A DNA stretch of 18,443 bases from Candidatus Eiseniibacteriota bacterium (lineage in GTDB: Bacteria > Eisenbacteria > RBG-16-71-46), in the NCBI GenBank assembly GCA_031366795.1, contig JANLOX010000275.1, positions 1-18,443 on the forward strand. The letters run 5' to 3'. The translations under genes and the position numbers were made by a program. Every line of letters starts with the position of its first letter. Position 1 is the first letter of the stretch. The notes below the pieces were generated by a model. The model saw nothing but the letters and a program-made list of their open reading frames with translations. It was not told where the DNA came from and ran no database searches. Below, piece by piece: positions 8,332-15,978 of this stretch.

Positions 8332-9927
8332 CTATCGGTGGCTTAAGGTGAAGATGATGACCGCGACCTGTCCGGTCACGGTAACGAGGTCACGGAGCAC
8401 GCTCCATGCGTCGACGTCGCTCCGTTCGGGCACCCAGATGAAGTCGCCCGGCTGCACGCTCCTGAGGCTGCGCGCGGAAATGATCTGGCCCGACATCGAA
8501 CGGGATACCCGCACGGAGGTACGCGCTGCTCTTTCGGTGAAGCCCCCTGCAAGCTGGACATAGTCTTGGAGACTGCGCCCCGCCGAGTAGTCGACGAAAC
8601 CTGGGCGCTTGACCTGCCCTTCGATTCGCACCGTCGGTACGAAACGTTCGACACGAATCACGTCACCATCAGCGAGCAGCGGGTCCGTCGAGCTGCCGGC
8701 ACGCAGGCGGGTCCAGTCGACACGAAAGCTGTTCTTGCGCTCCGCCAGATTCGTTTCGAGTTTGGCATATTCGGATTCTGTCATCTCGGTGCGCGACAGG
8801 CGTACCAGGCGGTCGAATTCAGGGTTGGCCTCCCCGATCGCTGCGGTTTCGCGCACGAGATGGAGTGCCTCGCGGTTGGCTTGGGGCGAGAATCCCGCGG
8901 CCCAGCCCACCAGGTCACTGAGGCGGTCGCGTCCGGGAACGATCGGGAAACTGCCGGGGCGCACCATCTCACCGATGATCGTGACAGACCGCAACCGGTG
9001 GAATTCGGGCAGGTAATGTACGAATAGGTGATCGCCGTCGCGCAGCTGCGTGCTCAGTGCGGCGGGATCCCCGAGGTTCGCCAGCAGCGACTCCCGCTCA
9101 GTGGCCGAGGTGAATCGGACCACCAATGCCTGCTCGGGACTGGCCGCAGGAAGCAGTCCGCCCGCGAGCGAGAGCAGCGTGCTGAGGCTGTCTCCGGGCG
9201 CCAGTTCGTAGCGGGAGGGTCGCGCGACGGCACCGGTCGCCTCGATGAACTCCCGGGCGCTCGGAACCACAAGCACGTCACCGTCGCTGAGCAGCGGGTT
9301 CAAGTTCTGGCGGCCTGAGCGCTCGAACTGATCGAGATCGACGCGCACACGGGATCCATCCAAGTGACGCAGGGTGATGTTGCGTCGCGACGAACCATCG
9401 AGCAGCCCGGCATCGCCGATCGCCTCACTCGCGCGCGTCGCGGAATTCGCCTCAACCGCACCCGCTTTCTTGATCTCACCGGTGACGAAGACCTTGAACG
9501 AGCGAAGTTGGACGAGTTGCACGTCGCCGTGAACACCAACATATTGATCCGCCACCGTCTTCAGGATGCGCTCCCGGGCCCAGCCCAGCGTCTTACCATT
9601 GAGGTTGATCGAGCCGCGGCCAGGGACGAACACCTCGCCCTCGGGATTGACGGTCAAGGGAATGGTCTTGCTGAGCCTGCCCCACAGGTTGAGTTCGAGG
9701 CCGTCGCCGGGACCGAGCAGGTAAGTCGTGGGGTCCACCGCTCCGCCCTGGACGATCCTGCCGGGACCAGGCGTATCGCTCGGCCTCGCTCCGGACCCCG
9801 CGTACTGCCTGAACTGTTGGAGGTCCATTTCGCCGGGGACATTGTCGGCTTGGGCAGCGCAGGGAGGGCTGGCCAGAACGGACAGCGCGGCCAAGACGGC
9901 CACCGCGGACAGCAATCGACACATCAC
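8332..9927 (-). CDS. Polysaccharide export protein (OPX; Poly_export domain plus multiple SLBB domains; Wza/KpsD-like)
   Basis: Signal peptide, Poly_export motif YLLGPGDGLELNLWG...VNPEGEVFVP, four SLBB starts (VFVTGEIKKAG, IEATGAVARPS, VTIIGEMVRPG, VRIEGQVKRPG), and a C-terminal amphipathic/hydrophobic helix. GTGA overlap with the rmlB stop. Confidence 0.9.
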   Translation of the reverse strand: MMCRLLSAVAVLAALSVLASPPCAAQADNVPGEMDLQQFRQYAGSGARPSDTPGPGRIVQGGAVDPTTYLLGPGDGLELNLWGRLSKTIPLTVNPEGEVFVPGRGSINLNGKTLGWARERILKTVADQYVGVHGDVQLVQLRSFKVFVTGEIKKAGAVEANSATRASEAIGDAGLLDGSSRRNITLRHLDGSRVRVDLDQFERSGRQNLNPLLSDGDVLVVPSAREFIEATGAVARPSRYELAPGDSLSTLLSLAGGLLPAASPEQALVVRFTSATERESLLANLGDPAALSTQLRDGDHLFVHYLPEFHRLRSVTIIGEMVRPGSFPIVPGRDRLSDLVGWAAGFSPQANREALHLVRETAAIGEANPEFDRLVRLSRTEMTESEYAKLETNLAERKNSFRVDWTRLRAGSSTDPLLADGDVIRVERFVPTVRIEGQVKRPGFVDYSAGRSLQDYVQLAGGFTERAARTSVRVSRSMSGQIISARSLRSVQPGDFIWVPERSDVDAWSVLRDLVTVTGQVAVIIFTLSHR

Positions 9928-10976
9928 TCTTGGACCTCTTTCAGGATCTTCCGTTTACCGTACATCCGCTCGTAGTACTGGCGGAATTCACCCTGCTTGA
10001 TGGGGCGCCACCACGTCTCGTGGTCGCGAAACCATTCCACGGTTTCGCGGATGCCATCCTCGAAGGAAACCTGCGGAAGCCATCCTGTAAGCCGGGTCAG
10101 TTTGCCCGAGTCTACCGCATAGCGGCGATCGTGCCCGGGCCGGTCTTCCACGTGCCGGATCAGCGACTTCGGCCGCTCCAGCAAGCGCAAGATGTTAGCG
10201 GTGACCGTGAGAACGTCATGCTCGTGAACACCGCCGATGTTAAAGGTCTGGCCATTGATGTCCGGGTGCTGCAGCACCGTGAGCAGCGCGTCGCAGTGAT
10301 CGCGAACGTGCAACCAGTCACGGCGATTGAGACCCGTCCCGTACACCGGCAAGGGTTCGCGATCGATGGCATTGGTGATGAATAACGGCACCAACTTCTC
10401 AGGGTATTGCCGCGGGCCATAGTTGTTGGAGCAGCGCGTGATCACGATCGGCACGCCGTAAGTTTCGTGATAGGCGTGCGCGAGCCGGTCGCCACCCGCC
10501 TTGCTGGCGGCATAAGGGCTGCGCGGCTTCAACGGCCACTCTTCGGTGGCATGGCCTTCAAGGACTTCGCCGTAGACTTCATCGGTGGATACCTGCACGA
10601 ATCGCGTCAACTGCTGGCGTCGCGCCTCCTCGCATAGCACGAACACGCCATAGACGTCGGTTTGGATGAATTCCCCCGGCGCCTCGATAGAGCGGTCGAC
10701 ATGCGATTCGGCGGCGAAATTGAGGACGAAATCGCAGCCCTTCATGGAGGTCGCCACAGCTTCGGGATCGCGAATGTCCCCGTGAACGAAGGTCAGGGAC
10801 CGCGTCGGCAACCCGTCGAGATTCTCACGCCGCCCGGCATAGGTCAGGGCATCGAGCACGACGATGTGGGCATCGGGAAATCGTTCGAGACAGCGGTGCA
10901 CGAAATTCGCGCCGATGAAGCCCGCGCCGCCGGTAACGAGCACACGCGCGCCGTTCAGGGACCGCGGCGTGCTCAT
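9924..10976 (-). CDS. rfbB: dTDP-glucose 4,6-dehydratase (RmlB)
   Basis: VLVTGGAGFIGANF, DALTYAG, FAAESHVDRSI, VSTDEVYG, SPYAASK, RCSNNYGPRQYPEK, DRPGHDRRYA. Confidence 0.97.
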   Translation of the reverse strand: MSTPRSLNGARVLVTGGAGFIGANFVHRCLERFPDAHIVVLDALTYAGRRENLDGLPTRSLTFVHGDIRDPEAVATSMKGCDFVLNFAAESHVDRSIEAPGEFIQTDVYGVFVLCEEARRQQLTRFVQVSTDEVYGEVLEGHATEEWPLKPRSPYAASKAGGDRLAHAYHETYGVPIVITRCSNNYGPRQYPEKLVPLFITNAIDREPLPVYGTGLNRRDWLHVRDHCDALLTVLQHPDINGQTFNIGGVHEHDVLTVTANILRLLERPKSLIRHVEDRPGHDRRYAVDSGKLTRLTGWLPQVSFEDGIRETVEWFRDHETWWRPIKQGEFRQYYERMYGKRKILKEVQE

Positions 10977-11003
10977 GATCGCGATCCTCTGTCTGAACTA
11001 ACC

Positions 11004-11459
11004 TCACCCATCCTTACGCCCCCAGTCGTAGGGCACGTCGGGACTGTGCGGATCGGTACGGTATTCGTCGGGCTGATCGTAGACATAGCTGTATGTAGGC
11101 ACGTTGATCAGGTAGGCCGGTTCCGTGCCGATCCCCTTCATGCCGTGCAGAACGAGCGGCGGGATCACGAGGAGCATCGGATTCTGCTCTCCCATGAAGA
11201 ACTCGTTCACTTCGCCGTGCGTCTTGCTCCCTTCGCGTCCGTCATAAAGGACGACCTTCGACATGCCCTTCACGAACACGAAGTGGTCGGTCTGCTTCTT
11301 GTGGTAGTGCCAGCCCTTCACCACGCCGGGATAGACGACCGACAGGTACACTTGACCGAACTTCTGGAAGAATGGGTCGTCGTCGCGCATCATTTCCATC
11401 AGCAATCCGCGCTCGTCGGGAATCACCTTCAGACGCTTGATTACGACTCCGTCGATCAT
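11004..11459 (-). CDS. rfbC: dTDP-4-dehydrorhamnose 3,5-epimerase family cupin (short RmlC type)
   Basis: 151 aa. DERG, GVVKGWHYHKKQTD, VLYDGREGSKTHG, LVIPPLVLHG. ATGA overlap with the ugd stop. Confidence 0.88.
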   Translation of the reverse strand: MIDGVVIKRLKVIPDERGLLMEMMRDDDPFFQKFGQVYLSVVYPGVVKGWHYHKKQTDHFVFVKGMSKVVLYDGREGSKTHGEVNEFFMGEQNPMLLVIPPLVLHGMKGIGTEPAYLINVPTYSYVYDQPDEYRTDPHSPDVPYDWGRKDG

Positions 11460-12829
11460 GAAGCCTTCCTCCGCTTCTTCGAGCTTGGACGTTTAAGTTC
11501 GACCGGGGTGCGCGCTACCCGGCCTCGCCCCACACCGATGTGCGTGAGCCCGGCCGCCTCCACCGTTTGCGGATCGTAGATGTTGCGAAGGTCGCACAGC
11601 ACGGGCCGGCGCATGATGCGCTTCAATCGAGAAAGGTTCATGCCACGAAACTCGTTCCACTCGGTCAGGATCGCCAGGGCGTCTGCGCCATTCGCGGCGT
11701 CATAGGCATCGGCAGACATGGTGACGCCCTTCAGTTCCGCGACGCCCTTGGTCGCCCCCATGGCGACCGGGTCGAAAGCGGCGATCTGGACGCCGCGGCG
11801 CCGCAGGCCCCTGATGATCGTCAGTGCCGGGGCCGCCCGGAGGTCGTCGGTGTTGGGCTTGAAGGCCAGCCCCAGGACGCCGACCCGGGCGCCTTTGCGC
11901 TTCCCGACGGCGCGCCAGATCTTTTCAACCATCAGCTGCATCTGGCGATCGTTGGCCTTGACTGCAGCATCAACAATGCCCGTCGTCACCTTCGCCTTGC
12001 GCGCGAACGCAGACAGCGCCTGCGTGTCCTTCGGGAAGCACGATCCGCCATAGCCCGGTCCCGCGTGCAGGAACTTCGAGCCGACGCGGCGATCCATGCC
12101 GATTCCCTTCGCCACGTCCTGCACATCGGCGCCGAGCGCTTCGCAGACGTTCGCGACCTCGTTGATGAACGATATCTTCGTGGCGAGGAAGGCATTCGCC
12201 GCGTACTTGATTAATTCGGCCGTTTCGAGCGTGGTGACGACCATCGGCGTCTCGAGCAGGAACAGGGGCTTATGGATTTCCTTGAGGATGCGTGTGGCGC
12301 GCGCCGTCTCGGTGCCGATGACGACGCGGTCTGGCCGCATGAACGTCTCGATGGCGGAACCCTCGCGGAGGAACTCAGGATTCGAGGCAACGTCGAACTC
12401 CGCATTGCGCTTGGCGTGCCGCGCGATCACCCGGCCCAGGTCGCGGGCAGTGCCCACCGGGGCGGTGCTCTTCTGGATAACCAGCAGGTAACCGTCCATG
12501 TGGCGCGCGACGGTCTTCGCGACCGAATAGATTCCCGAGGTATCCGCGCTACCATCCGGACGGGGCGGCGTGCCGACCGTGATGAACACGACCTTCGAGC
12601 CCTTGATCGCCCGCACCAAGTCGGTGTCGAAACGCAACCGCCCTTCCTGAACGTTGCGCGAAACGAGTTCCTCGAGCCCCGGCTCGAAGAACGGAATGAC
12701 CCCCTGGCGGAGCCGTTCAATCTTTGTGGGATCGTTGTCGACGCAGGTGACACGATTACCGAAATCCGCCAAACATGCACCCGACACGAGGCCGACATAG
12801 CCGGTCCCCACGACGGTGATATGATACAT
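11456..12829 (-). CDS. ugd: UDP-glucose 6-dehydrogenase
   Basis: ITVVGTGYVGLV, SNPEFLREG, AELIKYAANAFLATKISFINE, catalytic GYGGSCFPKD, LGLAFKPNTDDLR. ATG at 12829 has an AAGGGG SD. The track's 12922 start lies inside the promoter. Confidence 0.96.
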   Translation of the reverse strand: MYHITVVGTGYVGLVSGACLADFGNRVTCVDNDPTKIERLRQGVIPFFEPGLEELVSRNVQEGRLRFDTDLVRAIKGSKVVFITVGTPPRPDGSADTSGIYSVAKTVARHMDGYLLVIQKSTAPVGTARDLGRVIARHAKRNAEFDVASNPEFLREGSAIETFMRPDRVVIGTETARATRILKEIHKPLFLLETPMVVTTLETAELIKYAANAFLATKISFINEVANVCEALGADVQDVAKGIGMDRRVGSKFLHAGPGYGGSCFPKDTQALSAFARKAKVTTGIVDAAVKANDRQMQLMVEKIWRAVGKRKGARVGVLGLAFKPNTDDLRAAPALTIIRGLRRRGVQIAAFDPVAMGATKGVAELKGVTMSADAYDAANGADALAILTEWNEFRGMNLSRLKRIMRRPVLCDLRNIYDPQTVEAAGLTHIGVGRGRVARTPVELKRPSSKKRRKAS

Positions 12830-12897
12830 GCGATGTGCCCCTTGCGAATCGTGAGCGCTCAATCCGTCGCGGTGGTGAGCATGGAAGACAGCGAAGT

Positions 12898-12927
12898 AGT
12901 CTAGGGGGCCCGGCGCCCTCAAGTCAA
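12898..12927 (-). promoter_or_regulatory. Putative sigma70 promoter for the ugd-to-wzy/wcaJ operon
   Basis: TTGACT (12927-12922), 18-nt spacer, TAGACT (12903-12898), about 70 nt upstream of the ugd ATG. Confidence 0.65.
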
Positions 12928-13048
12928 TTCATGAACGCTCGTTCGCACTGCCCATTCCGTGGTTCGTTCGGGCCAGGTCAAGCCGGCTCACGCGTTCCAT
13001 CGACTCCAACACTGTCGCGGGATGCGAACGTCGATCAGAGCGTCGCGA

Positions 13049-13077
13049 TTGCGGCCGCAAGAATCGTGGGCTATGGT
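13049..13077 (+). promoter_or_regulatory. Putative sigma70 promoter for the divergent plus-strand gene
   Basis: TTGCGG (13049-13054), 17-nt spacer, TATGGT (13072-13077). ATG at 13089 has no SD. The -35 is half of the palindrome TTGCGGCCGCAA. Confidence 0.5.
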
Positions 13078-13088
13078 CATCGGCTACG

Positions 13089-13901
13089 ATGACCCCACTC
13101 GTCGATCTCGCCGTCAACACCTTCGAGCGTAGTTACCGGTCAGTGCTCGCGCCGGGTTTTTTCCCCCAGATCGAAGCGCAACATCGTTACCGCTTCGCGA
13201 GCCGGATCGCGGTGATCAACAACGTCGAGTCCCGGGCCGATGCAAAGGCACACGCCGAGGATCTTGTCCGTCGAGGCGAGATCGACCATTTCGAGTTCGT
13301 TGCCGACCACCTCGACCGCGCGCTTGAACACGTGGGACTTACCCGGCGCGACCTCGGCCGTATCCCGTACTACACCGACTGGGCAATCGTGGCGGTGTGC
13401 CTGCGGGGAAGCCCGTGGCTGTTGTGCTGGGACGCCGACATCCGTATGCGCGAGCCGGCCAACTGGATCGAACCGGCCATCGCGCTGATGGAGCGCGATC
13501 TTCGCATCATGACCGCGAACCCCAATTGGCAGAGCGGAACGCTGGAGCGCGAGACGATTGAAACATCCGGTGGCTTCGCTCTCGGTTACGGATTCAGCGA
13601 CCAGGCGTTTCTGGTCCGCCGCGCCGACCTCGCCCGCCCCATCTACCGCGAACGATGCGTGGCGTCACTGCGTTACCCGCTCTCGCACATCGCGCCGATC
13701 TTCGAGCAGCGCGTCGATGCTTACATGCGCACACACCGGCGGCTTCGCGCCACGTTTCGCGAGGCGGTGTATATCCACCCGGGCGAAGGCGTGTCCTATC
13801 CGGCGCTCACGCTAACCGAGACGGCGCAACGAATCCTGAACCGGGCATTGCTGGTGGGACGGCGAATGATCCCATCCCGGGATCCCGCGCAACGCGCCTG
13901 A
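13089..13901 (+). CDS. Hypothetical protein, probable GT-A fold (GT2-like) glycosyltransferase
   Basis: 270 aa. N-terminal PLVDLAVNTFER strand, IAVINN, DxD motif in WLLCWDAD, and GFSDQAFLVRR, a GT-A-like order of elements. Lies within a glycan locus. Confidence 0.6.
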   Translation: MTPLVDLAVNTFERSYRSVLAPGFFPQIEAQHRYRFASRIAVINNVESRADAKAHAEDLVRRGEIDHFEFVADHLDRALEHVGLTRRDLGRIPYYTDWAIVAVCLRGSPWLLCWDADIRMREPANWIEPAIALMERDLRIMTANPNWQSGTLERETIETSGGFALGYGFSDQAFLVRRADLARPIYRERCVASLRYPLSHIAPIFEQRVDAYMRTHRRLRATFREAVYIHPGEGVSYPALTLTETAQRILNRALLVGRRMIPSRDPAQRA

Positions 13902-13904
13902 AGG

Positions 13905-13947
13905 GCCAGCCTCATCTCGCCGGAACTCACGGCGAGATGAGGCTGGC
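13905..13947. repeat. Perfect 18-bp inverted repeat with 7-nt loop between convergent genes (possible bidirectional terminator)
   Basis: GCCAGCCTCATCTCGCCG (13905-13922), gaactca, CGGCGAGATGAGGCTGGC (13930-13947). Confidence 0.9.
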
Positions 13948-14883
13948 TCGCGCGTCGTCGAGAACGGCCTCGAGCGTGTTGTCCAATGGCGTTTCCGCGC
14001 GCCAGCCCGTGTCGGCGTGAATGCGCGCGGGATCGCCCACGAGGTAGGGAACATCGGCTGGCCGCAGGCGTGCGGCGTCGACCTCGAGCCTCAAGGGCAC
14101 CTGCGCCATCGACTGGAGACTTTCGAGCAGCCGGGCCAGGGTAATGCCCTCGCCACGGCACACGTTGTAGGCCTTGCCGGAAGTGCCCCGCAGCAGCAGG
14201 GCCACGTACGCGCGGGCGACGTCGCGAACGTCACACAGGTCACGCGTGATGTCGAGGTTGCCCACACGCAGCACGGGCGGCGCCGCGCCGCGTTCGATCG
14301 CCGCGATCTGCCGTGCCCAGGACGGCACCGCGAAGCGCGGGTCCTGGCCCGCGCCCGCGTGCGCGAACGAGCGCGTGCGCACCACGTCGAGCCCATCGGC
14401 CGCGGCCATCTGCGCGTAGAGATCCGCTGCGGCCTTCGACAATGCGTAGGGGCTCACGGGACGCAGCGGCGTGTCCTCGTCCGCGCGCGAACCCGCCGGC
14501 TGCGGGCCATAGATCTCGCCGGTGCCGATCGCCAGTACGCGCGCCTGGGGTGCCGCCGCGCGCACGGCCAGCATCAGCTGCCATGTTCCGTGAGCATTCG
14601 CGCGAAAGGTCTCAACCGGGAACTCGAACGACTTCCCCGCACTCGCCTGCCCTGCCAGATGGACGACGATGTCCGGCCGCGCAGCCACGACCGCGAGCCC
14701 AAGTGCGCCGGCATCCGCGATATCGGCCATGTGCCACTGCTCGAGCGGCAGCGTTGCGCGCGGCGCCTCGATCCCCAGTCCGTGAACGCGCGCGCCGCAT
14801 AAGGCCAACTCGCGCACCAGATGGCAGCCGACGAACCCGGACGCCCCGGTGACCAGGACGGTCTTCCCCGCGAGGTCGCTCAA
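13927..14883 (-). CDS. Extended SDR, Rmd-like (GDP-4-keto-6-deoxy-D-mannose reductase / GDP-mannose dehydratase family)
   Basis: VLVTGASGFVG, HLAGQAS, GTGEIYG, SPYALSK (YxxxK), FAHAGAGQ, VGNLDITRDLCDVRDV, RLRPADV. Likely TTG start at 14883; the track's extension to 15015 overlaps the upstream gene. Confidence 0.85.
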   Translation of the reverse strand: MSDLAGKTVLVTGASGFVGCHLVRELALCGARVHGLGIEAPRATLPLEQWHMADIADAGALGLAVVAARPDIVVHLAGQASAGKSFEFPVETFRANAHGTWQLMLAVRAAAPQARVLAIGTGEIYGPQPAGSRADEDTPLRPVSPYALSKAAADLYAQMAAADGLDVVRTRSFAHAGAGQDPRFAVPSWARQIAAIERGAAPPVLRVGNLDITRDLCDVRDVARAYVALLLRGTSGKAYNVCRGEGITLARLLESLQSMAQVPLRLEVDAARLRPADVPYLVGDPARIHADTGWRAETPLDNTLEAVLDDARASLISP

Positions 14884-14936
14884 CGATGACTCATTCGGGA
14901 AGGCTTTAGCGGCGCCACAGCCCTGAAGCCCCGCAT
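14880..14936 (-). CDS. Candidate 18-aa mini-ORF (MRGFRAVAPLKPSRMSHR) bridging the two SDR genes
   Basis: Its ATG overlaps the upstream stop (TGATG, 14938-14934) and its TGA overlaps the downstream TTG (TTGA, 14883-14880). Confidence 0.3.
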   Translation of the reverse strand: MRGFRAVAPLKPSRMSHR

Positions 14937-15889
14937 CAGTGCGCGCGCCAGTACTCCAGCATGTCCGCCAGAGTCTGCTCGAAGGGAATCGTCGGCTTCC
15001 AGCCGGTAACCGCATGGAACTTCGAGTAGTCGCCGAGCAGGATCGGCACGTCGCTCGGACGCAGCCGGGCCGGGTCTTCGCGCACCTCGATCTTCACCTT
15101 CGACATGCTCAGCAGCAGGTCGAGCATGTCCTTGATGCGCCACGCCTTGCCGCTGCAGATGTTGTAGACCTCGCCCGGCTCGCACTTCTCGAGCGCCAGC
15201 ACGTAGGCCTTCACCATGTCGCGCACGTCGGTGAAGTCGCGCAGCGCTTCGAGGTTGCCGACATTGACCACCGGCTGCTTGCGGCCCTTCTCGATATCGG
15301 CGACCTGCTTGGCGAAATCGGAAGCCACGAACACCGGCCCGCGGCGCGGCCCCTCGTGGTTGAAGCCGCGGGTGCGTACGCTGTCGACCTGGTGCGACAT
15401 CCAGTACTGGTAGCCGAGCATGTCCTGCGCGACTTTGCTGACCGCGTAGGGCGACAGCGGGCGCAGCGGGTTCGTCTCGCGGATCGGCACCTCGTCGGGG
15501 AACACCATGCCGTACTCCTCGCTCGAGCACGCGAGCTGGATGCGGCACTTGAGCCCGATGTGGCGCACGGCCTCGAAGATGTTGAGCTGCGCCAGCACAT
15601 TCGTCGTCAGCGCCTCGGTCGGCGCGGTCCAGGACGTCGGCACAAACGACTGCGCCGCCAGGTGGAAGATCCAATCGGGCTTCACCTTCTCGAGCGTGTC
15701 CCGCGTCGAGGTGGCGTCGCGCAGTTCGCACTCGAGCATGGTGATCTTGTCGAGGAAGTGCTCGACGTTCTCGGTGCGGCTCCGCCAGCGCTGGATGCCG
15801 TAGATCTCGCAATCGTTGCGCGACAGCAAGTAGTCCGCGAGGTGGCTGCCGGCGAACCCGGTGACCCCGGTGATCAGCACGCGACGCAT
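14936..15889 (-). CDS. GDP-mannose 4,6-dehydratase family extended SDR (Gmd/Rmd-like)
   Basis: ATG 15889 with a GAGG SD. VLITGVTGFAG, HLAAQSFVPTSW, CSSEEYG, SPYAVSK, FNHEGPRRG, VGNLEALRDFTDVRD, RLRPSDV. Confidence 0.9.
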   Translation of the reverse strand: MRRVLITGVTGFAGSHLADYLLSRNDCEIYGIQRWRSRTENVEHFLDKITMLECELRDATSTRDTLEKVKPDWIFHLAAQSFVPTSWTAPTEALTTNVLAQLNIFEAVRHIGLKCRIQLACSSEEYGMVFPDEVPIRETNPLRPLSPYAVSKVAQDMLGYQYWMSHQVDSVRTRGFNHEGPRRGPVFVASDFAKQVADIEKGRKQPVVNVGNLEALRDFTDVRDMVKAYVLALEKCEPGEVYNICSGKAWRIKDMLDLLLSMSKVKIEVREDPARLRPSDVPILLGDYSKFHAVTGWKPTIPFEQTLADMLEYWRAH

Positions 15890-15949
15890 GTTGGCCCTCG
15901 GACTTTTTGGGGAAGAGCCCAGGCATTCCCTGAGCACGATTCGCGCGTC

Positions 15950-15978
15950 AAGCTATTGATTCATGCGCCCGTGGTCAA
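15950..15978 (-). promoter_or_regulatory. Putative internal sigma70 promoter for the SDR pair
   Basis: TTGACC (15978-15973, overlapping the GT stop), 17-nt spacer, TAGCTT (15955-15950). Confidence 0.5.

Noticed and set aside
12830..12922. N-terminal extensions in the ORF track (ugd from 12922; also SDRs from 15015 and 15937, hicB from 956)
   Set aside because: They run through promoter elements or upstream genes. Family homology begins at the downstream starts, and the ugd and 15889 starts also have SD sequences.
12830..13088. ops/JUMPStart element expected upstream of a polysaccharide operon
   Set aside because: No GGCGGTAG-type motif found in the leader or intergenic region.
14937..15926. 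348-aa alternative-frame ORF overlapping the Gmd-like gene
   Set aside because: Low-complexity Arg/Ala/Gly frame inside a clear SDR. Only its last 18 codons, which have their own ATG, are kept as a candidate.
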